This document shows positions 13,119-20,686 of a DNA stretch of 64,000 bases, piece by piece. The number at the start of each line of letters is the position of its first letter. The first letter of the stretch is position 1. The translations under genes were made by a program, and so were the position numbers. A model generated the notes under the pieces. The model worked only from the letters and a program-made list of their open reading frames with translations. It had not been told where the DNA came from and ran no database searches. Location: positions 3,059-67,058 of the forward strand of contig SIAN01000023.1 in assembly GCA_009691715.1 (NCBI GenBank), written 5' to 3'. Origin of the DNA: Planctomycetota bacterium. Its GTDB lineage: Bacteria > Planctomycetota > B15-G4 > SIAN01.

Positions 13119-14096
13119 GTGCGCCTGTCGTGGTTCGCAGAGCTGTTCGGCAAGAAGAAGCAACCGACCGCCCCGACGGCGACTGCGCCGTCGGCGAAGC
13201 TTCCCCGCTACCGCGGCGAGGCCGCGCGCGGTGAGACGGCGTCGTCCTCGCGCACGCCACCGCACGCGCGCGCCGCGGAGCCCGAGCTGATCGTGCCGCG
13301 CCGGCAGCAGGCGCACGGCGCGACGGCATCGGGCGCGAGTCAAGCGGCGGCGCCAACGGCGCGGTCGCAGGCTGAATCAGGGTCGTCGAGCGCGGCCGTC
13401 TTCGCCGATGCGTCGCGCGACGCCGTGCAGGCGGACCATCGCGGCAATGCGGACCATCGCGGCAATGGCGACGGGCGCGCCAGCAACGACGCGCACGCCA
13501 GCAGCTCCGAGCAGCTGGTCAGGACCAGCAAGATGGCGCCGCAGGAGGAGCTCGCGCTCAAGGTGAGCGACGGACTGAAGATCCTCACGACGCTGCTTTC
13601 CTCGATCGACGAAAAGATGGTCCAGCAGCACCGCGCGACCGAGCTCGTCGCGGAGCGGCTGCAGGCTTTGCCGCGCGTCCTCGAAGGGTTGGTCGAAGCG
13701 GAGCGGATGAACATCGAGACGCTGCGCGACTTGCGCGGCTCGATGGACAAGCAGGGCGAGGCAGCGCTGGCGGCGAGCGCGAAGCTCGAGCAGTTACCGA
13801 CGATCGTCGGCGGCATCGGCGACCGGATCGACAAGCAGACCGACAAGCAGTCCGAGGCGGCAGCTTCGGTGAAGACCTCGGTCGAGTCGGTCGGGCAATC
13901 GGTGCGCGGCCTCGTCGACGGCGCTCAGCGCACGCAGAACAGCCTGATCACCGAATTTCGCCGCGGTCAGGACGATCAGCGCCAGCGCCTCGAAGAGCTG
14001 GTCGAGCGCCAGCGCAAGACGATCACGATCGTCGCGGTCATCGGTGCCTTCGTGGTCATCGCCGTCTTCATCGTGCTGGCGCGACTGCCGAAGTAG
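13119..14096 (+). CDS. Tail-anchored coiled-coil protein of unknown function
   Basis: GTG start giving (M)RLSWFAELFGKKKQ. Disordered Ala/Ser/Arg-rich region, long heptad-like helical region, and a C-terminal TM segment ITIVAVIGAFVVIAVFIVLARL. Confidence 0.6.
   Translation: MRLSWFAELFGKKKQPTAPTATAPSAKLPRYRGEAARGETASSSRTPPHARAAEPELIVPRRQQAHGATASGASQAAAPTARSQAESGSSSAAVFADASRDAVQADHRGNADHRGNGDGRASNDAHASSSEQLVRTSKMAPQEELALKVSDGLKILTTLLSSIDEKMVQQHRATELVAERLQALPRVLEGLVEAERMNIETLRDLRGSMDKQGEAALAASAKLEQLPTIVGGIGDRIDKQTDKQSEAAASVKTSVESVGQSVRGLVDGAQRTQNSLITEFRRGQDDQRQRLEELVERQRKTITIVAVIGAFVVIAVFIVLARLPK
13431..13466. repeat. Perfect 2x18-bp in-frame tandem duplication (ADHRGN x2)
   Basis: gcggaccatcgcggcaat repeated twice without mismatch. 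Confidence 0.95.
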
Positions 14097-14213
14097 GCGC
14101 GTCCCGAACGCTGCGGAGACTGCCCGATTCTGTCGCGCGTCGCCGACGCCTGTTCCCGCTTCGCCGCGCGCTGGCTGCCGAGCCCGTTCGCGTTCGCGCT
14201 GCTGCTGACGGGT

Positions 14214-15539
14214 GTGGCGTTCGCTGCTGGCATGGCGGTCGGCCGACCCGATGGCCAGTCGCTGCTGGCGCGCGCGGTCGATCTGATGCACTACTGGTAC
14301 GGCCGCGAGAAATCTCCTGGCGGCTTCACCTCGGTCAGTGGTTTCAGCTTCGCGCTGCAGATCTGCCTCGTCCTGGCGACGGGACATGCGCTGGCTGCTG
14401 CGTCGCCCGTGGCGCGCGCGCTGCAGCGCCTCGCCCGCCTGCCGAAGGGGGAGCCCTCCGCCGCCGCGCTGACGGCGCTGGTGGCGATGCTCTCTTCGTG
14501 GCTCAATTGGGGCTTCGGACTGGTCGTGGGCGCCCTCTTCGCCCGCGAGGTCTATCGCGTCGCGCGCGATCGCGGCGAGCGTTGGAACTACCCGCTCTTC
14601 GGCGCCGCCGGCTTCGTTGGACTGATGGTCTGGCACGGCGGATTGTCGGGGTCGGCGCCGCTAGCGGTCGCGCAGCCAACGCACGATTTCGCCGCGATCT
14701 ACGGGGTGGTGCCGACGGCGAAGACGTTGTTCGCGCCCTTGAATCTCGCCCTGAACGGCGCGCTCCTGCTTGCCGTGCCGCTGCTGTTCGCGGCGCTCGC
14801 GCGAGCCGGCGCGCAGCGATCGCTGCCGCGGCAGATCTGGGCCGTGCCGGGAGATGTGGTGAGCGGCAGTGCGGAGGCTCCCGCGACGCCAGCCGAGCGA
14901 CTCGACCACTCCCGAGTGATCGCTGGCGCGATCGTGCTCCTCGCCGGCGGCAGCGTCGCGTCGCTGATCGCGCAGAAGGGTTTCGCCGGTGCGATCTCGT
15001 TGCCGAGCATGATCGTGCTCTTCCTCGCGCTTGGGGTCTTGGCGCATGGCAGCGCGGCGCGTTACGGGCGGGCGTTCGGCGAGGCCGGCAGCGAACTCTC
15101 CGCCATCCTGCTGCAGTTCCCGTTCTATTACGGGATCCTCGGCGTGCTGACGGAGAGCGGCGTCGGCCGTGAACTCGCGCTAGGTGTGACCGGATGCGCA
15201 CGCGGACTCGCAGACCTCGGCTTGCCGGTCGCGACGGCCTACTCCTGGCTGACGTTCGGCGCGGCGTGCGTCCTTAATATGTTCGTGCCATCGGGCGGTG
15301 GGCAGTGGGCGATCCAGGGCGGGATCGCCGGCGAAAGCGCCGTGGCCCTCGGACTCGATCCGACCCGCGCGGTGATGCTGGTCGCGTACGGTGACGAGGC
15401 GAGCAACATGGTGCAGCCGTTCTGGGCGCTGGGGATGCTCGCGATCACCGGGCTGAAGGTCAGCGAGATCCTGGCCTACTCCGGTCTGGTGATGGTCTTG
15501 GCGATGCCGGTCTTCTTGCTGGCGTTAGCAGTGTTCTGA
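14214..15539 (+). CDS. Short-chain fatty acid transporter (AtoE/TIGR00366-like) membrane protein
   Basis: Multi-TM protein with SGFSFALQICLVLATGHALA, WGFGLVVGALFAREV, VWHGGLSGSAPL, NMFVPSGGGQWAIQG, YGDEASNMVQPFWALG. The family-like N-terminus (SRFAARWLPSPFAFALLLT) lies upstream in frame without an ATG/GTG/TTG. Confidence 0.8.
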   Translation: MAFAAGMAVGRPDGQSLLARAVDLMHYWYGREKSPGGFTSVSGFSFALQICLVLATGHALAAASPVARALQRLARLPKGEPSAAALTALVAMLSSWLNWGFGLVVGALFAREVYRVARDRGERWNYPLFGAAGFVGLMVWHGGLSGSAPLAVAQPTHDFAAIYGVVPTAKTLFAPLNLALNGALLLAVPLLFAALARAGAQRSLPRQIWAVPGDVVSGSAEAPATPAERLDHSRVIAGAIVLLAGGSVASLIAQKGFAGAISLPSMIVLFLALGVLAHGSAARYGRAFGEAGSELSAILLQFPFYYGILGVLTESGVGRELALGVTGCARGLADLGLPVATAYSWLTFGAACVLNMFVPSGGGQWAIQGGIAGESAVALGLDPTRAVMLVAYGDEASNMVQPFWALGMLAITGLKVSEILAYSGLVMVLAMPVFLLALAVF

Positions 15540-15808
15540 AACCGATCTAGGTGCGGAATCAGCCGTGCGATGCCGCACGAAATGTTGTTACGCAATCGCG
15601 CGCAGTGGCATAGAAAGGGACGCCTCCCCGGGGGAATGACGCGGGGAGCGCCTCCCCTCGCTAGGCCGCCAGCCTGGTTTCGAGCTTGAGGCGCACACCG
15701 GGAACATCGGCTTGCCACTTCGAGCGGAGCATCGCCGTGTCGCCGGGCGCGTCGTCGCCAGTCGGTGCGCGCGTCGAACCGCCAGTCTGAAACGCGGAGC
15801 AACGCGAG

Positions 15809-18163
15809 ATGGCGCGATTGACGATCTCGGGACCGGACGGTGCACGCGACGTCGTGCTCGGCGACAAGTTGGTGATCGGCCGAGTCGAGGGCGCTGACCT
15901 GGTCCTCGACGACAAGGGCATCTCGCGGCGCCACTGCGAGTTCGAGCGGCGTGGCGACGGCTACGTCGTGCGCGATCTCGGCAGCAGCAACGGCACGTTG
16001 GTGAACGGCGACAAGATCACGGAACGCCCGCTCGTCGCCGGCGATCGCGTCCGCGTCGGTGGCGTGACGCTCACCTACGCGACCGCCGACGCCGACGCGC
16101 TGCTGCGATTCGTCGCCGGCGAGCACGCTGGCCGCGACGTGCCGCTGTCGGGAGCGCGCACGACACTCGGGCGACGGCCGGAGAACGCAGTCGCGTTCGT
16201 CGATGTGAAGGTCTCCGGCGTCCACCTCGAAATCGTTCGTGAAGACGACGGCTACGTGCTGCGCGACCTTGGCAGCACCAACGGCACGCTGCTCGACGGC
16301 AAGAGAGTGACGACCGAAGTCGCGCTGTCACACGGCGATCGCGTCCAGATCGGCGCGAGCGAGTTCCGTTTCGTCGACTCGCGGCGCGGCGAATTGGCGG
16401 CCGGCGGAGTATCGAGGAATGAGGTCAGTGCAGCGGGCGGCGGAGCGGCACACGCGGCGACGCTGCCACCGCAGAAGAGCAAGGTGGGCGCGATTCTGAG
16501 CCTTGCGGGTGTCGCGCTCGCAGTCGGCGGTGCAGGAGCGTGGTACTTCATGCAGGGCCAGGAGGCGCCGCCAGCCAGCGGACGGCAGGCACCGGCCGCG
16601 CCGAGCGGCACGCTGCTGGTCGAAGATTGGTCGTTCGAACTGCCCGGCGAAGTCGATTCGCTGTGGGGCGCTGAACTTGGCGCCGGCTTCAGTGCCCGGC
16701 GCGGCCGGGCGGCGTCGGGCAGCTACGCGCTCGTCGCGTCCGTCGCCGACGGGCAGGCAACGGCATCGCGGCGGCAGCGCGTGGCGCTCGCGTCGTCACG
16801 TCCGCTGCACGCGAGCGGCCAGCTCTCCGCCGATGACGGGGCGCTCGGCTCGGTCGCACTGCGCTTCCTCGGCGACGATGCGGATGGTGCGACGCCGCGT
16901 CAGTGGAGCGTCGTGCTCGCGACCAGCAACGCAGCCGGGTTCGCGTCGTTCGAGTGCGACGTCGACGTGCCGGCATGGGCCACCGGCGTCGAGGTGGTCG
17001 TCGTGGCTCGTGGCACCGGCGAGGTGGCGCTCGACGATCTGGCGTTGACGCCGGGCAGCGCGCCCACCGGCCGAGCCGCGTTCGGCGACCTCGCGTTGGC
17101 ACCGCGCGGGCCGGCGAGCTGGTTCGTCGACTATCACGCGCCGCTGCTCGAACTGTTCGAGCCGACGGGCGAGGGCGCGATCGCGGCGGCAGAACTCAGT
17201 GCAGAAGAGGACGGCGCGAGGCGCAGCGGTTCAGTGGCGAAGGGCGCGCTGCCGCCTGGCGCTTTCTTGGCGCCGGCGAAGCAGGACGGCGCCGCGTTCG
17301 CGCTCGATCCGGGACGCGCGCCATTCGCGGCGAGCGGGTTTGCATTCGAGCTGGCACCGGAGCTCGCGGCCCGCGGCGTGACGCTGTTGGGCGAACTGCC
17401 CACCGATCGCCGCTTCGGCCCGTTCGTCGCCGAAGGCGTGAAGCAACTGCTGCTCGGCGCCGCCGCGGAGCGCTTCGAGATCGCGCTCTCCGCCGCGACG
17501 AAGGTGACTGCGACCCAGCGCGGCGATGTGCTGCGGATCGAGCTCGCTCTGTCGGCGCCGTTGCGCGTGACGCTGCGCAGCGACTTCACTGCGGAGCGCG
17601 CCGAGGCGTCCGTGCTGGTCGCCAAGGCGCAGGAGGAATGGCGCGCGGGCAAAGCCGGCACCGCGCTCGGTCGATTGCGGGAGATTCGGGAACGCCTGCC
17701 GCACGACGACAAGGCGGTCGACACGGCGCGCAAGCTGGAGAGCGAGATCGTGCCGAAGCTCGAGGCCGAGTTGGCGGTCATCGACGCTGAGGCGACTGGC
17801 GCCGAATTCCTCGGCAGCCTCGATCACTACCGGAGCACTCTGGCGCGCGCGCGCGCGGTGCTGCCGCAGGCGGAGGGGATCGACTCGGCGCGCGCACTCG
17901 CGGCGCGAGTCGAGCGCATGCAGGCGCAAGCCGCAGTCATGGAGCGCGAGCGGCGGGAAGAAGAGGCCGCGCGACTGTTCCGATTGGCGAGGGCCTATCA
18001 GGCGCAGCTCGAGCCGGCGCCCTTGCGACCGGCGACCGCCGCCGAATTGCTGGCCGAATTGCAGCGGAGCTACGGCGACACCACGGCCGCGCGCGAAGCT
18101 CGCGGCGAGACTGCGCCGGAGCCGGTGAACGTCGAACGCGGCTCGATCGAAGGGGGAAACTGA
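15809..18163 (+). CDS. Membrane protein with two N-terminal FHA domains, one TM helix and a large C-terminal (periplasmic?) region
   Basis: FHA1: LVIGRVEGADLVLDDKGISRRHCEF...YVVRDLGSSNGTLVNG. FHA2: TTLGRRPENAVAFVDVKVSGVHLEI...YVLRDLGSTNGTLLDG. TM: VGAILSLAGVALAVGGAGAWYF. Then a beta-rich segment and a helical C-terminus. Confidence 0.88.
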   Translation: MARLTISGPDGARDVVLGDKLVIGRVEGADLVLDDKGISRRHCEFERRGDGYVVRDLGSSNGTLVNGDKITERPLVAGDRVRVGGVTLTYATADADALLRFVAGEHAGRDVPLSGARTTLGRRPENAVAFVDVKVSGVHLEIVREDDGYVLRDLGSTNGTLLDGKRVTTEVALSHGDRVQIGASEFRFVDSRRGELAAGGVSRNEVSAAGGGAAHAATLPPQKSKVGAILSLAGVALAVGGAGAWYFMQGQEAPPASGRQAPAAPSGTLLVEDWSFELPGEVDSLWGAELGAGFSARRGRAASGSYALVASVADGQATASRRQRVALASSRPLHASGQLSADDGALGSVALRFLGDDADGATPRQWSVVLATSNAAGFASFECDVDVPAWATGVEVVVVARGTGEVALDDLALTPGSAPTGRAAFGDLALAPRGPASWFVDYHAPLLELFEPTGEGAIAAAELSAEEDGARRSGSVAKGALPPGAFLAPAKQDGAAFALDPGRAPFAASGFAFELAPELAARGVTLLGELPTDRRFGPFVAEGVKQLLLGAAAERFEIALSAATKVTATQRGDVLRIELALSAPLRVTLRSDFTAERAEASVLVAKAQEEWRAGKAGTALGRLREIRERLPHDDKAVDTARKLESEIVPKLEAELAVIDAEATGAEFLGSLDHYRSTLARARAVLPQAEGIDSARALAARVERMQAQAAVMERERREEEAARLFRLARAYQAQLEPAPLRPATAAELLAELQRSYGDTTAAREARGETAPEPVNVERGSIEGGN

Positions 18164-18164
18164 G

Positions 18165-19907
18165 ATGGGCGCGCGCGGATGCGGGATTGATGAAGGCAGC
18201 GCGACCGTCAAGGTCGTTGAGGTCGAGCTGAAGGACGGTGCGCTGGTCCCGGTCGGGGCGTTGGCGCTGCCGGCGGTCGAGACCGGCCTCGACTCGGCGG
18301 CGCTGCAGAGCGCGATGAAGCAGAGCGGCATGAAGTCGCGCCAAGCGGTCCTGGGTCTCACCGGCAAGGACCTGGTGATCAAGTACCAGCAGGTCCCGCC
18401 GGTCGCAGACTTCCAGCTGAAGAAGATCGTCGCGTTCGAGCTCGACGAGATCCGCAAGCAGTCGGGCGACAAACTCGCCGCTGACTTCAACGTGATGCCG
18501 TCGCGTGCCGACCTCACCAGCGACGACATCGTGCTGATGGCGTTGTCGCGCGAGCAGCGCATCGAGGATCGCTCGGCCGCGCTGGCTCGGGCGGGCGTCA
18601 CGACCCGCCACTTCACGCCCAACGCCATCGCGCTCTACCACGCGTTCCGTGCCTTCGGGCCGGCGACCAGCGGCGACGTGTTGGTCGTTTCGATCGGAAA
18701 GCAGTCGTCCGACTTCGCGGTGATCCGCGACGGCGATCTGCTCTACGCCCGCAGCGTCGGCACCGGCGGCGACGTGCTAACTGACGCCATCGCGGCCGAG
18801 TTCGGCGTCAGCAAGGCGAAGGCGGAGAGCCTGAAGCGCGAACTTGGTGACCTGCGGCCGCGCGACAAGCGGGCCGGCCTGTCGCAGCAGGCGGAGAAGG
18901 TGAGTTACGCGCTCGAGGGCGCCGCCGGCCGGCTGTTCAGCATGGTGCAGTCGACGCTGCAGTTGGCCAAGGGCCAGATGCAGCTGAACCAGCTCGAGAT
19001 CAGCAAAGCCTGGATCACCGGCGGTAGTGCGGTGATGAAGGGGCTCGACGAATACCTTTCGGGCAACCTCGGCGTGCCGGTGCAGCGGTTCGATCCGCTG
19101 GCGGAGGCAGGAGTCGCGGTCGAAGGCGCCGGCACGCTCGACCTTGCGGTCGCGGCCGGACTCGCGGTCATGGCGGCCGACGGCGAATCGTGGTCGGTCG
19201 AGCTCCTCACCGCCGCAGAGAAGACTCGGCGCGATTGGACCAAGAAGCACGTCTTCACTGTCGCCGCGCTGGTGGCGGTGCTGGCCTACCTGGGCGTCTA
19301 CGCGTGGCAATGCCAGTCGCGCCACGACTTGGCGTTTCGACAGGCGAGCAGGGTCACCCTTGAGTGGAAGAAACGACAAGCCAACAGCACGTCGGTCGAG
19401 CGGCTCCGCGGCGAGCGCGGCGACCTCGCGGCGAAGGTCGACCTGCTGGAGAAGCGCAAGGCGGCCGGCGACGGACTGGTGCGCGCGCTCGGGATGTTGT
19501 CGACCCAACTGCCGGAGGATCTCTGGGTGACCGAGCTCGAGCTTGAGATGCTCGAGTCGAAGGCGGCGGCGAAAGACAAGGTGGCGAAGAAGCCGATGAT
19601 CGTCGTCGACGGCGCCGGCAAGTCGCGCGGCACGCGGTCGATCGACGACAGCTACCTCGCCTTCGTCGACACGGTGCGCGCCCTCGACGCGAAGATCGAT
19701 TGGAAGCCGGCGGACATCATCGAGACCCAGACGGTCAAGGGTGGCCAGGTCGAATATCGGCTGAACCTCACCTGGCTCACCGAGCCGGCGGCCAAAGTCG
19801 TGGACGACGCGGCGGCGGACGACACGGCAGGGCCGTCGAAGAGCCCGCCGAAGAATCCATCGAAGAGTTCCACGAACAATGCGGCCAAGCCGTCGGGAGG
19901 CAACTGA
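18165..19907 (+). CDS. PilM-like actin-fold domain fused to a PilN-like TM/periplasmic domain (GspL-like architecture)
   Basis: N-terminus CGIDEGSATVKVVEVELKDG, as in PilM GxDxGSxxxKxV. TM at VFTVAALVAVLAYLGVYAW, then a coiled coil and LPEDLWVTELEL (PilN-like). Starts 1 nt after the FHA gene stop. Confidence 0.75.
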   Translation: MGARGCGIDEGSATVKVVEVELKDGALVPVGALALPAVETGLDSAALQSAMKQSGMKSRQAVLGLTGKDLVIKYQQVPPVADFQLKKIVAFELDEIRKQSGDKLAADFNVMPSRADLTSDDIVLMALSREQRIEDRSAALARAGVTTRHFTPNAIALYHAFRAFGPATSGDVLVVSIGKQSSDFAVIRDGDLLYARSVGTGGDVLTDAIAAEFGVSKAKAESLKRELGDLRPRDKRAGLSQQAEKVSYALEGAAGRLFSMVQSTLQLAKGQMQLNQLEISKAWITGGSAVMKGLDEYLSGNLGVPVQRFDPLAEAGVAVEGAGTLDLAVAAGLAVMAADGESWSVELLTAAEKTRRDWTKKHVFTVAALVAVLAYLGVYAWQCQSRHDLAFRQASRVTLEWKKRQANSTSVERLRGERGDLAAKVDLLEKRKAAGDGLVRALGMLSTQLPEDLWVTELELEMLESKAAAKDKVAKKPMIVVDGAGKSRGTRSIDDSYLAFVDTVRALDAKIDWKPADIIETQTVKGGQVEYRLNLTWLTEPAAKVVDDAAADDTAGPSKSPPKNPSKSSTNNAAKPSGGN

Positions 19908-20686
19908 TGGACCTCGCGGATATCTGGCAGCAGCACAAGCGATTCATCCTGCTGGTGGCGAGCGCGTTGCTCCTGCTGCTGGTGGGGCGCGGCGTGATCC
20001 ACTCGAAGTGGGACTACGAAACGGTGGTCGTGTCGTCGGCCCGGACCACGGGCGTGATGAGCAAGGCGGAGAAGGTGCCCGACGAGGTGGTGCGCGCGCT
20101 GCAGGAAGAGGTGACGGCGCTGCGCTCCCGTTATGCGGCGCTGGCGACGACGATGCGCCACAAGCCGCAGGAGGCGTTCATCGTCCCGGCGGGAGAGAGC
20201 AACCCGCGCTCGTACTTCTTCCGGCGTCACAGCGAGACGAAGTCGGCGTTGATCGAGGCGGCGGAACGGCAGGACATCCGCGTGCCCGAGGCGCTCGGCT
20301 TGAAAGACATGGCGCCGACCGAGCCCGACGAGATCCGTCGGCAGTTGGTGGCGCTCGATGTCGTGCAACAGGTCGTGATCGAGTCGATCGGCGCGGGCGT
20401 GCGGCGCATCACGACGATCCAGATCGAGGACGCCAGCAAGGGCCGCAGCAAGGCGTCGAGCTTCCTCGCCGACCTGCGCGTGCGCTTCACCATCGTCGGC
20501 GGTGAGAAGTCGATTCGCACGCTGGTGATCGGGTTGGTCGATGGCGCGGCGCGCGGACAGGCCGCGTTCCTTGCGATCGATCAGGCGCGGCTGAAGCCGG
20601 TCAAGGGCGAGCTCGGGATGCTGGAGCTCGACCTCACGGCGGCGGCGCTGCAGATCGACAAGAGCGCGGACGAGGAGACGCCGTGA
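19907..20686 (+). CDS. PilO/GspM-like bitopic assembly protein
   Basis: MDLADIWQQHKRFILLVASALLLLLVG TM, coiled coil, C-terminal alpha/beta region. ATG shares 1 nt with the upstream TGA. Confidence 0.6.
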   Translation: MDLADIWQQHKRFILLVASALLLLLVGRGVIHSKWDYETVVVSSARTTGVMSKAEKVPDEVVRALQEEVTALRSRYAALATTMRHKPQEAFIVPAGESNPRSYFFRRHSETKSALIEAAERQDIRVPEALGLKDMAPTEPDEIRRQLVALDVVQQVVIESIGAGVRRITTIQIEDASKGRSKASSFLADLRVRFTIVGGEKSIRTLVIGLVDGAARGQAAFLAIDQARLKPVKGELGMLELDLTAAALQIDKSADEETP

